Shown here one piece after another: positions 30,980 to 42,721 of a stretch of DNA of 64,000 bases. Each line of letters opens with the position of its first letter. The stretch's first letter is position 1. This stretch comes from Escherichia phage vB_EcoM_Ozark. The position numbers and the translations under genes were made by a program. The notes below the pieces were generated by a model that had not been told where the DNA came from, did no database searches, and saw nothing but the letters and a program-made list of their open reading frames with translations. The stretch lies in the sequence record NC_054927.1; one strand, 5' to 3'.

Positions 30980-31172
30980 TGCTTATAATTTCAACATCAG
31001 CCCAATGACCATAGCAAGGAAGACGAAATTCAACTGGCCAGTTAGGGTCCTTTTCTAATATAATAGACTTAACTTGTGGTTCTTCGTGTTCATCAGTATA
31101 CGGATTTTTATCTGTTACTTTATATGTGACCTTAATGTACTGAATTCCAAAAATCTTATTAATTATATTCAT
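30966..31172 (-). CDS. hypothetical protein
   Basis: 68-aa ORF in a tightly packed early-gene run. Confidence 0.4.
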   Translation of the reverse strand: MNIINKIFGIQYIKVTYKVTDKNPYTDEHEEPQVKSIILEKDPNWPVEFRLPCYGHWADVEIISIENV

Positions 31173-31366
31173 ACTAATTCCTTTAATCCGTAGATAGGAG
31201 ATAATTCATCACCCATACGAAGGTCTTCATTTCCATCTACCCAGGAAACAATATAAGCCTCTTTTATTTGAATACCACTCCATTTAAATGGAGGTAGAAC
31301 CTTAGAAATTAATCCAGGTATACCAACTCCCTTTAATTCAACGGTTTGACCTAAAAAGAATTTCAT
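31169..31366 (-). CDS. hypothetical protein
   Basis: 65-aa ORF overlapping its neighbours by 4 nt. Confidence 0.4.
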   Translation of the reverse strand: MKFFLGQTVELKGVGIPGLISKVLPPFKWSGIQIKEAYIVSWVDGNEDLRMGDELSPIYGLKELV

Positions 31367-31653
31367 TAAAACCTCATCTGAAAACCATGCGATTTAACGT
31401 TACCACCGCCAATATCAGAAATATTAATTTCACGCGCAATTGAAGGGTCAATGTCAATTTCACGATTGAGTTTAGTGATAGCTAAAGTATCGCGCCCATT
31501 TACAGTACGGAACTCTAAAGGACAAACCACATCAACGTAGTTTTTAATCGATTCACTAGTAGGCTGCAAATGAGCAGGAAGGTCTTTAGGCGCCTTTGAG
31601 AAAACCACTTCACAGAAATTTTTGCGGGTATCAAAATAAGTAGTCATAAACAT
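31366..31653 (-). CDS. hypothetical protein
   Basis: 95-aa ORF with GAGGA SD. Confidence 0.45.
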   Translation of the reverse strand: MFMTTYFDTRKNFCEVVFSKAPKDLPAHLQPTSESIKNYVDVVCPLEFRTVNGRDTLAITKLNREIDIDPSIAREINISDIGGGNVKSHGFQMRF

Positions 31654-31670
31654 AATATTTTCCTCAGTAA

Positions 31671-31684
31671 GGGGCCGAAGCCCC
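31671..31684 (-). terminator. tetraloop hairpin in the early-gene run
   Basis: GGGGC-UUCG-GCCCC on the minus strand with a U-run downstream. Confidence 0.45.
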
Positions 31685-31695
31685 TCATTTTATTT

Positions 31696-32061
31696 TTAAA
31701 TATCAAATTCGTTAAGAACTACATCAAAGATTGCTTCCAAGTGCTCAGGTTTAGCTTTGTTACTCAGAATATGACGAATCCAAGTTTTAACTAAGAGTTT
31801 ACGATTAGCACCATTCCAGCAAGGATGAGTCCCTAAATCGCGTTGGCGGAAATCATCATCCAGAGCGATTTTGAAGTTGGAACCTTTCATCGTGATTGAA
31901 ACCGTGATACCGTTTTCAAATCGCATATAAACGTAGTTAGGAGTCATATACTGTTCAATTTCGCATACTGATCCGTTTTGATGTTTCCAGAGGCAAATAG
32001 TATCAATAGAACCTGCAATACCATTAGAAACATATTTACGTTCAAAGTTGATGTAGTTCAT
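31696..32061 (-). CDS. hypothetical protein
   Basis: 121 aa from the ATG at 32061 with GGAG SD; the track ORF begins at an upstream TTG. Confidence 0.45.
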   Translation of the reverse strand: MNYINFERKYVSNGIAGSIDTICLWKHQNGSVCEIEQYMTPNYVYMRFENGITVSITMKGSNFKIALDDDFRQRDLGTHPCWNGANRKLLVKTWIRHILSNKAKPEHLEAIFDVVLNEFDI

Positions 32062-32128
32062 TTTATTCTCCAAGATGTTTAATTGCGGTACAGGTATATA
32101 ATATCATATCCTGTACCAAAGTAAACAA

Positions 32129-32461
32129 TTATTTTACTACTTTCCAATGCTGCATGTCAAGTTTACCAACTTTTTTCATCTTCTCAATTAAGCGTTCTGC
32201 ACGTTGGCGAGCTGTAACATAATGCCATTCGCCTAATTCATTTTGTTCAATTTTTCCAACGATTACTGTATTCAATTCATAAATCCAACCAGTAAAGAAA
32301 TTATGAACTTGAATTGTAAAGGTGAAATCTGTTCCCATACCTTCTGTTGTTTCTACTTCAATAATATCACCTTCAACTGCCATTAAGAACCACATAGTTT
32401 CATTATATTTACCATTGAAGCATTTAGTTTTAACTGCAGCGTTCAGATTAATCGTTTTCAT
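32129..32461 (-). CDS. hypothetical protein
   Basis: 110-aa ATG-initiated ORF. Confidence 0.45.
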   Translation of the reverse strand: MKTINLNAAVKTKCFNGKYNETMWFLMAVEGDIIEVETTEGMGTDFTFTIQVHNFFTGWIYELNTVIVGKIEQNELGEWHYVTARQRAERLIEKMKKVGKLDMQHWKVVK

Positions 32462-32571
32462 TTTATTCTCCTTTGTTTGTGTAAGATAATACTATCACAA
32501 AGGAACTATACTGTAAACAACTTTATGCAATCTTTGGAAAATAAAAAAGGACTCCCGAAGGAGTCCTCAAC

Positions 32572-32790
32572 TTATGCTTTCTGCTTACCAAAACGAGAAG
32601 CATCATCTCGAAGAACCGCACGTGCTCGGCGCATGATCTTCTCAACAGTTTGATTGATACGAGAGTTCGACCCACGCTTGTAACCAGCGCGTTTAGAATC
32701 ACCAACTTTCTTTTCAACTGCTTTCTTTGCTTTAACTTGTTTTGCCATTATAAATTCTCTTTTAAATGAAAATGCAGGACTTATTGACAT
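32572..32790 (-). CDS. small basic protein (start uncertain)
   Basis: 72-aa Lys/Arg-rich ORF; an internal ATG at 32748 is an alternative start. Confidence 0.35.
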   Translation of the reverse strand: MSISPAFSFKREFIMAKQVKAKKAVEKKVGDSKRAGYKRGSNSRINQTVEKIMRRARAVLRDDASRFGKQKA

Positions 32791-32944
32791 TGCCTGCGCA
32801 AGCCCTCAAGGGGAACATAGGTTTTTGGATATTTAACGACCAGGATAACCATAAACCTCGTCAACATTCAAGAGGTACACCGTAAAACAAAGTTCGACGG
32901 CTCCTCGTTTTAACTTCACACTAAGGCAGTGACTCTCCAATAAA

Positions 32945-33193
32945 TTACTTCAGTGTTACCACAAAGTGACGAACTGCTTTTCGTGCGGCAGAAGCCAGAG
33001 GCTTAGCATATTTAAGTTCATCTTTTTCCTGAAGCTCAGCAGCTAATGCAGTTTGAGCAGGATTCAGATGTTTGAAATAACGCAGGATTTCAAGAGCTTC
33101 GGCTTCAACATCAATAGATGCGCCATAGTTTTCGTGACCATTATTCCATGCGTTTCGTTGCAGTTCAAGAGCGTGTTGTAATTGTTTAATCAT
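32945..33193 (-). CDS. rIII: rIII lysis-inhibition accessory protein
   Basis: 82-aa ORF in the T4 rIII position between the 30.x run and gene 31. Confidence 0.7.
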   Translation of the reverse strand: MIKQLQHALELQRNAWNNGHENYGASIDVEAEALEILRYFKHLNPAQTALAAELQEKDELKYAKPLASAARKAVRHFVVTLK

Positions 33194-33311
33194 TTAAAAA
33201 TTCTCGTTAGAGATTAAAACTCGGTAGTCACGTTCTTCTGAATTTCATCTTCTTTCGACAGATCTCTCAGTTGTAGACTACCACATAGAATTGAAACTCA
33301 ATTCATATTAT

Positions 33312-33319
33312 TATTTATA
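33312..33319 (-). promoter_or_regulatory. late promoter motif upstream of rIII
   Basis: Minus-strand TATAAATA just downstream of the gene 31 stop. Confidence 0.35.
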
Positions 33320-33655
33320 TCACTTATAAAGACACGGAATAGCTTTATAGTGACAGGTAACAAATTTTTGTTTAATTTCTTTTGGCTGCTTAAGACCTAG
33401 AGCTACAAAAGGATGCGGAACGTTTCGAATTTGACCAACTGGAAGAGAAGTCAAATCACCAACTTCGCAGAAACCTTCAGGAACATCAGGACCGACAGAG
33501 TGAACTACACACAGTTCAGGAACTTCACCTTGGACACGTTTACCAATAATAAGTCCTGATTCTGTAACTTCTTCATCACCGGCTTGCGCAGGTTCAGAAA
33601 CTAAAATAACATATTCACCGACAGCACGAATTGGTAGCTGTTGTACTTCAGACAT
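33320..33655 (-). CDS. 31: co-chaperonin (GroES analogue) for capsid folding
   Basis: 111-aa ORF starting [21 protein letters not shown]; T4-sized gp31. Confidence 0.93.
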
Positions 33656-33711
33656 CGTTTTTCCTTTTTGTTAACAGATGAATTAATAATAACAAATAAT
33701 TCTTAAAGCAT

Positions 33712-34020
33712 TTATTTACCAATAAATTGAAGCAAATGCTCAACTTTCATGCCATTAACGGAAATCAATTTGTCAATAGAAAAACCTCGCCATGCACCGA
33801 GTTCAACATCAAATATCGGAATCATATCAGTAGATTCTTTCCGAGTAGATTCAGTCAATTTACCGGTTTGCATAGTTGGCATAAAGTCAGCATCACGGGT
33901 GCCTTTCATAGTACGAATAGTACCATCAGACTTTTCAAAAACCACGTTTGAAATACCCATGGACAATTTAGTTTTCAAAATTTCACGAATTGCTACTTTC
34001 TGTTCAGTTGTCAGTTTCAT
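33712..34020 (-). CDS. hypothetical protein (31.1-like)
   Basis: 102-aa ORF. Confidence 0.5.
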   Translation of the reverse strand: MKLTTEQKVAIREILKTKLSMGISNVVFEKSDGTIRTMKGTRDADFMPTMQTGKLTESTRKESTDMIPIFDVELGAWRGFSIDKLISVNGMKVEHLLQFIGK

Positions 34021-34257
34021 TTATTTACCTATTACAGTTTTAATATGAGTTGTTCCACGTTCTTTAAGAGTGGAAAGCAACTTTTGGCATTTTTCTAAAT
34101 CAGATTTCCAACTATACGGTCTATCAATACAAACCCATTCTGACTTATAATACTGTTTCCATTTAGAGAAAAAATATTTCTTATACTCTACAGCAAATGA
34201 AATGTTCTCGTTAGAATAAGAACTAATTGCTGTGAGCTGTACCAAACGAAATTTCAT
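34021..34257 (-). CDS. hypothetical protein (31.2-like)
   Basis: 78-aa ORF. Confidence 0.45.
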   Translation of the reverse strand: MKFRLVQLTAISSYSNENISFAVEYKKYFFSKWKQYYKSEWVCIDRPYSWKSDLEKCQKLLSTLKERGTTHIKTVIGK

Positions 34258-34838
34258 TATTCACCACAGAATTCGTTGATATTTTCCCAATTTAACTTAT
34301 TCAAGTTTTTCTTAGGAACATTAAACACTTCAATACCTGCATTTCGCAGAATATCATCCCAGCCAGGTTTATTTTTATCGTATGTTTCGCAATAAACCAG
34401 TTTTTTAATTCCAGATTGAGCTATGGCTTTTGCACAATCCGGACAAGGAGAAAGTGTTACATACATAGTAGCACCTTCAATTGAAGAACCGTTTCGTGCA
34501 GCAAACAAAATCGCATTTAGTTCAGCATGAATTTCATTTTTAGACGACCATTCAGAGTGAGCATTACGATGTTCTTTCGCCAAGACAAAACGATCAGTTG
34601 AACCAAATGATACACATTCAGGCTTATGACCTTGAATGATAGTATGTTTAGGTTTATTCAACAACCAACCTTGCTCGGCAGCATAATCGCAGCAATTCAC
34701 ACCACCTGCCGGAGAACCGTTATATCCGGTAGAAATAATACGTCCATTCTTTTCAATTACTGCTCCTACCTTCCAGGAGCAACATTTTGATTCTTGTGAT
34801 ACTAAATATGCAATTTGAAGTACTGTACTCGCTTTCAT
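34257..34838 (-). CDS. cd: dCMP deaminase
   Basis: 193-aa ORF with zinc-binding HAE and PCxxC cytidine/dCMP deaminase motifs. Confidence 0.9.
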   Translation of the reverse strand: MKASTVLQIAYLVSQESKCCSWKVGAVIEKNGRIISTGYNGSPAGGVNCCDYAAEQGWLLNKPKHTIIQGHKPECVSFGSTDRFVLAKEHRNAHSEWSSKNEIHAELNAILFAARNGSSIEGATMYVTLSPCPDCAKAIAQSGIKKLVYCETYDKNKPGWDDILRNAGIEVFNVPKKNLNKLNWENINEFCGE

Positions 34839-35173
34839 TTCATAATCACCAGATAAGCAGATTTAGCAGTTTCAACACGATAAATTTCGTGACGAAGTTT
34901 AGTTATACTTTTAATAACAGAACTAATTATATTCTGCCCATCTTTAAAGCGGTTTTTCTTATCAATAAAAATTGCACCAGCCATCTTTTTGTGAAGCTCA
35001 ACTGGATATTTCGTCACAATAATAGCATCATACACAGAAGGATGAATACTATTCACTAGAGTATCATTCATTAAAGTTATTCTAATGAACTGTGCTGTTT
35101 CAGAATCAAGCGCTCTATGATCGCCAGTATCATTTTCAAGACAATTATCAATTATATCAGTTAAATTCATCAT
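34835..35173 (-). CDS. hypothetical protein
   Basis: 112-aa ORF. Confidence 0.45.
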   Translation of the reverse strand: MMNLTDIIDNCLENDTGDHRALDSETAQFIRITLMNDTLVNSIHPSVYDAIIVTKYPVELHKKMAGAIFIDKKNRFKDGQNIISSVIKSITKLRHEIYRVETAKSAYLVIMK

Positions 35174-35406
35174 AGTACGCCATACGCCCTTTGTGCTTCA
35201 ACTAATCCATCAAAATCCAGTTTAAGATGTGTTATTTGGTCACCATCACCTGGATTCACAATTACTAATACTGAACGAGGAGTTTCGGTAATAACACGAA
35301 CCGATGTTTCAGGAAATCGTTCAGAAACCTTATTTACCAATTCCTGCGCAAATAGTTTAACTTTTTCTTGGAATTCTTTAACAGTAATTGGTTTTTCACT
35401 TAGCAT
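35170..35406 (-). CDS. hypothetical protein
   Basis: 78-aa ORF. Confidence 0.45.
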   Translation of the reverse strand: MLSEKPITVKEFQEKVKLFAQELVNKVSERFPETSVRVITETPRSVLVIVNPGDGDQITHLKLDFDGLVEAQRAYGVL

Positions 35407-35468
35407 TTTGTTTTCCTCATTTGTTTTGGTAGAGCTATAATATCACAACTCTACCATAAAGTAAACTG

Positions 35469-35744
35469 TTAAATTGCCTTGAATTCTGATGTCTGTGATT
35501 CAAAACGAATATCGCCTTTGATGACTAGCTCAGCATCAAGACCAAATACGACAATGATATGCGCGGAACCCGGATACAGCGTAATTGCAATAGAATCCAC
35601 CTGGTCTGGAAGCAAAGTGTTCAATACATGAGTCACTTGAGCATGAATTCGAAGCTCGGCTGCGTTATCAAGCTTTTCAAACATATTATTAGCGATAATT
35701 TGACTAAACACTACTTCTACGATTTTAGAATAAGTCGGAAACAT
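35469..35744 (-). CDS. hypothetical protein
   Basis: 91 aa from the ATG at 35744 with GAGGUGA SD; the track ORF begins at a GTG. Confidence 0.4.
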   Translation of the reverse strand: MFPTYSKIVEVVFSQIIANNMFEKLDNAAELRIHAQVTHVLNTLLPDQVDSIAITLYPGSAHIIVVFGLDAELVIKGDIRFESQTSEFKAI

Positions 35745-35746
35745 AT

Positions 35747-35939
35747 TCACCTCACATAATTTTCTTCAAGCCAATTAATAACATCCAACGCATTATCAAA
35801 AGTTGAACCATCTACTATGTCTTCTGTTTCATAATCAAGAATATCTAAGTCTACTCTTCCATCAACAATAGGCCATAAACAAAATAGATATTTCTTTTCT
35901 TTTTCAATTTTATCACAAAGTCGATAAATCTTTTCTATG

Positions 35940-35947
<8 letters not shown>
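35747..35947 (-). CDS. hypothetical protein
   Basis: 66-aa ORF. Confidence 0.4.
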
Positions 35948-37353
<1,406 letters not shown>

Positions 37354-37356
37354 TTA

Positions 37357-37587
37357 TTATTTCTCAACCAATGATTGAATATAATCATGCAAGTCTTTAG
37401 ATGCTTTACCCCACTTATTTTGGTATTCATTTTTAAGATTAGCCCGAGATTGAGCTAATAAAACATCATTAGTTGGAGGTAAAGATTCTAACCGTTGAAT
37501 CTGGCGTCCATAAATCATTGCAGCCATCTCGGATTCATAAATCAATCCTTTGAGATGTTCAAATTGATGCCATGAAATCATTTGCAT
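37357..37587 (-). CDS. hypothetical protein
   Basis: 76-aa ORF. Confidence 0.4.
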   Translation of the reverse strand: MQMISWHQFEHLKGLIYESEMAAMIYGRQIQRLESLPPTNDVLLAQSRANLKNEYQNKWGKASKDLHDYIQSLVEK

Positions 37588-37877
37588 TTATCCTCTTTTA
37601 ACTCTTGACGATAATAACATATCATAGTTTTCTGATCATGTACATATCGTTTTACATCATTAAGCCAAATGCGAAATTCCTGGGAATCTTCAAATGGCAT
37701 ACCGACCCAAGCTTTACCATCAATAACTTTAACTTGCCAAGATAGTTTAGCTTCATCATATGACTTTATTTGTACAGGCCAATTAGGATGAACTGTTTCT
37801 TTCTTTACTTCTAGAGGCTTTGTCGAACAACCAACTAGAAGACCAATAGATAATATTACTGCTGATAGTTTAATCAT
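37578..37877 (-). CDS. pseT.2: outer-membrane lipoprotein, o-spanin candidate
   Basis: 99-aa ORF with signal peptide plus lipobox LLVGC and C-terminal Cys residues. Confidence 0.6.
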   Translation of the reverse strand: MIKLSAVILSIGLLVGCSTKPLEVKKETVHPNWPVQIKSYDEAKLSWQVKVIDGKAWVGMPFEDSQEFRIWLNDVKRYVHDQKTMICYYRQELKEDKCK

Positions 37878-38227
37878 TTAGAAAGGTCCTGGATGTCTTC
37901 TGCGAACTTGTTGAAGGAGTTGTTGATTTGTTTTTCAACCAATCCTGGCTTATGAGCCACCACATCCGCCTTCTTTGCGTCTTTGCGCAGTTTTTCATTT
38001 TCACGCTCAATAGCAGCAATTGCCTCACGATTTTTATTATTCATCGCATCAATATAATTATACTGAATTCGCAAATTATTTAATGCTAAAGCGTTTTCAT
38101 TGGCCGTTTTTGTAATTTCTACAACAGACGTTTCTAATCTTTCAATTTTATTTTTTAAAATTAAAGAAGTTCCGCCCAATGCAATTACAATTAATAGCAA
38201 GCCTGCTGTCGTATTACTTAATTGCAT
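37874..38227 (-). CDS. pseT.3: inner-membrane spanin (i-spanin) candidate
   Basis: 117-aa ORF with N-terminal TM helix (LLLIVIALGGTSLIL) then coiled coil; 4-nt overlap with the lipoprotein ORF. Confidence 0.6.
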   Translation of the reverse strand: MQLSNTTAGLLLIVIALGGTSLILKNKIERLETSVVEITKTANENALALNNLRIQYNYIDAMNNKNREAIAAIERENEKLRKDAKKADVVAHKPGLVEKQINNSFNKFAEDIQDLSK

Positions 38228-38724
38228 AAAGTTTTAATAACCTCTATAATATCGTCTTGAGAAAGACCGTTAATTAAAATATGATGTTCAGCCGGAGATT
38301 TAGAAATTTTAAAGCATGCCTCAACATCTTCTGCCATATCTGATGCGCTACGATTTGGATTACTAATTCCAAGACGATGTTTTCCCGTCAAAGGATTAAC
38401 GATGATATAGCATTTACAGTTGTTAATATGAACATTAGGTTGAGTCTGATTAATGAACACATCACAATCATATTTCGCAAGCTGATTTTCTAAAAAGACT
38501 TTCATCTCCTCAACTGCATCAGGAAGCATATCACGGGCTTGCTCAAGACGACGATTTCGATATTCTTTAATGGTCGTTTTCCGCTTGACTTGCTTAGCTA
38601 AATCTTTCTTAAGATCGGTGATATATCCAACTCGACGATTTCCTTTAAATACAGAAATCCCATCTGTAGTATCACCGTATGCTTCAACGACCATTTCAGT
38701 AGTAATAAGCTGTAAATCCATCAT
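38218..38724 (-). CDS. alc: Alc, inhibitor of host transcription
   Basis: 167/168-aa ORF at the T4 alc position, preceded by the conserved leader cassette. Confidence 0.65.
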   Translation of the reverse strand: MMDLQLITTEMVVEAYGDTTDGISVFKGNRRVGYITDLKKDLAKQVKRKTTIKEYRNRRLEQARDMLPDAVEEMKVFLENQLAKYDCDVFINQTQPNVHINNCKCYIIVNPLTGKHRLGISNPNRSASDMAEDVEACFKISKSPAEHHILINGLSQDDIIEVIKTLCN

Positions 38725-38728
38725 AAAG

Positions 38729-38782
38729 TCCTCATGTTATGTCAGTAAGACTACTGTAACACAACACGAGGGACTTGTAAAC
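38729..38782 (-). repeat. 54-bp promoter/leader cassette, copy B (52/54 identical to 23511-23564)
   Basis: Minus strand reads GTTTAC then 17-18 nt then TACAGT ... GAGGA; ends 2 nt before the AUGAUG of alc. Confidence 0.7.
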
Positions 38783-38785
38783 AGC

Positions 38786-40373
<1,588 letters not shown>

Positions 40374-40381
40374 AATAAAAT

Positions 40382-40400
40382 GGGCCTTGCGGCCCACTCC
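40382..40400 (-). promoter_or_regulatory. split Shine-Dalgarno / terminator-like hairpin between nrdB and denA
   Basis: Minus strand reads UAAGGAG-U-GGGCC-GCAA-GGCCC-AUUUUAUU-AUG; SD and AUG are separated by 23 nt. Confidence 0.5.
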
Positions 40401-40903
40401 TTAAAAATATTTTTTAAAACTCATCATAACTTTATCATCAACATCATTATCAATCTGTGCAACAAGGTAAGATGACAGTTCTACTTCTTGTGGCGCGGAT
40501 TGAACATTATCAGAATTAAGATATTCACGAATCCAAGGATATGGGTGTTTAACCGGAGCATCGGTAATTGGGCATGGAAGACCACACTGTTTCATACGAG
40601 ATACAGTTAAGTAATCAATAAAGCTCCACATGCTATTTGTATTTAATCCAGGAACATCGCCATCTTTAAATAAATGAACTGCCCAATCTTTTTCTTGGCG
40701 GTTAACTTCCATGAAAATATCAACTGCTTCTTGTTCACACTCTTGAGCAATTTTAACCCATTCATCGCCATCAGTGCCAAGTTGAAGTTGACGAATAATA
40801 TATTGGGTGCCCTTGAGGTGGAGCTGTTCATCACGAGCAATGAACTTCATAATCTTGGCATTACCTTCCATGATTTCCATGTTCTTATGGAAGTTAAAGG
40901 TAC
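40401..40903 (-). CDS. nrdB: ribonucleotide reductase small subunit, exon 2
   Basis: C-terminal NrdB sequence (MEGNAKI...); 3' splice site placed after G at 40904 so the junction reads FYVSFAC-TFNFHKNMEIMEG. Confidence 0.75.
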
Positions 40904-41994
40904 CGTTATGTTCGATTGAGCTCGCTAATTCTCAACCCGTTCTCTTATGAACTGCTACATATTACTATGCAGACCAGACTATATCACAATCCCAGAGGGA
41001 TTCTCCCCATTTCGAGTCGCTTGACCCTACGTCCGAAGACTAGTCGTTGAACCTTGCTTTGCAATTGTCGCCGTGCCATCGTTTATATGTTGATGGTGAT
41101 AAATCTTTCTTATCACAATATGGACAATTCAATTGAATTCTATTTGGATTTAATTTACATCTGTCATTATGTTTTAGATAAAATCCAGGACCTTTACCAA
41201 TGTGACCGCAGAAATCACATGTGATTTCTTTTTGTGCAGGATGGGTCCCGTTCTTAACCATTTCTAATGTTTTTGCTGATGTTCTTTTCTTATGGTCTTC
41301 TGACAAGAAATGATGTGAACCGTCATTTACCCGTTTTGATTGAGTTTCTGACTGCATTTTACCACCGCAAAATACATGAGTACCTTCTTTTATAGCTGCA
41401 ATATTGCGTTCTTTAACTTTTGCAATATGCTCAGCTTGTTGAAAATTATGTATACCTAATGCAACTCTATTTAAATTAGATTTACGTTGTATTTCACCAC
41501 CTAAAAGATGAAATGTACCATTTTCTATCTTAGATTTAATAGAGGCAATATTTTTAGCTCGTACTTCAGGGATATTAAAAACCTGGATTTCTCTAGATTT
41601 TGCGGCTTTAGAAGCTAATTCAGAAATTTCTTCAGGAGAATATTTCATTCTGAGCTTTATAGCATGACAAGCCTGGTAGTCTTTTTGAGCTAAATGTATA
41701 TCATAATGTTCCTGTATAGAAAGGCACATCAAATTATCTAAATCATTATTTTCACGGTTACCGTCTTTATGATGGATTTCGTATGTTCTTCCATCAGAAT
41801 CTTTAGGTATAGGTCCGTTAGCATCTATCCAAATTTTTCTATAGTTCAATTGTGCATCCTCTTAAAAGTATAATCATATTTATATTATACTAATTAAAGG
41901 TGCAAGCAAAACCTTGGCTGCTAGTTTTCCTATAAAGGACTTTCCAGCAATTAAAGGAGTTTTCGATAAACGTTACCGTTTAAAGGCGCATTTT
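40904..41994 (-). mobile_element. group I intron in nrdB (about 1091 nt) carrying an HNH homing endonuclease ORF
   Basis: nrdB reading frame interrupted between conserved FYVSFA and CTFNFH blocks; 5' exon ends in U and intron ends in G. Confidence 0.75.
41040..41849 (-). CDS. intron-encoded HNH homing endonuclease (I-TevIII-like, full length)
   Basis: 269-codon ORF with HNH signature (EIHHKDGNRENN...HYDIH) and C-terminal Cys clusters; initiator appears to be TTG with GAGGA SD 7 nt upstream. Confidence 0.75.
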   Translation of the reverse strand: MNYRKIWIDANGPIPKDSDGRTYEIHHKDGNRENNDLDNLMCLSIQEHYDIHLAQKDYQACHAIKLRMKYSPEEISELASKAAKSREIQVFNIPEVRAKNIASIKSKIENGTFHLLGGEIQRKSNLNRVALGIHNFQQAEHIAKVKERNIAAIKEGTHVFCGGKMQSETQSKRVNDGSHHFLSEDHKKRTSAKTLEMVKNGTHPAQKEITCDFCGHIGKGPGFYLKHNDRCKLNPNRIQLNCPYCDKKDLSPSTYKRWHGDNCKARFND

Positions 41995-42670
41995 ACGCAA
42001 AAGATACATAAAAACGAATAGCTTCCAATGCGTTGATTACATGGAGGCAAAGGTAAAGAGATTTCATTAAAGCACGTTTAGCTTCGGCTTCTTGTTTAAT
42101 AGCTCGGTTTAAACGAAAGACGGCATCAGGAGATTCTTTAGCTAGTTCTACAAATTCTTTAGCATTTTCCCATTCACGAGTCTTAACTAGAACATCATCG
42201 TAATAGCGACCAATGGACTCGGCACGTTTCATAATAGCTTTATCTAATACAATCTCATCAAATACCTTTGACGGATCAGTATAAAGATTTCGCATAATAT
42301 GAGTGTATGAACGACTGTGAATAGTTTCACTAAAAGTCCATGTAGCAACCCATGTATCAAGACTTGGGTCTGAAATTAACGACATAAGTACAGCAGACGG
42401 TGCACGACCCTGAATGCTATCTAGAAGTGATTGATACTTCAGGTTATTAGTAAAAATATCTTGCTGATATTGAGGAAGCTTGTTAAATTGTGCAGCATCC
42501 ATCATCAAGTTTACTTCTTCAGGACGCCAGAAAAATGATAATTGCTTTTCGGTTAAATCTTCAAAAACTTTATGACGTTGAATATCATAACGCGCAATAC
42601 CAAGACCTGAACCAAAAAACATAGGTTCTTTTAAAACATCAACTGGATTTGTATTAAAAACTGTGCTCAT
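41995..42670 (-). CDS. nrdB: ribonucleotide reductase small subunit, exon 1
   Basis: N-terminal 225 codons of NrdB ending ...EAIRFYVSFA plus the first nucleotide of the Cys codon. Confidence 0.8.
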
Positions 42671-42721
42671 AAATTTTCCGCTTAGTTAATAGTTGGTGAC
42701 TCGTCCATGAGTCAAATTATA

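Noticed and set aside
32523-32717. 64-aa minus-strand ORF overlapping the small basic ORF in another frame
   Set aside because: Fully overlaps a better-supported ORF and has no independent initiation signals.
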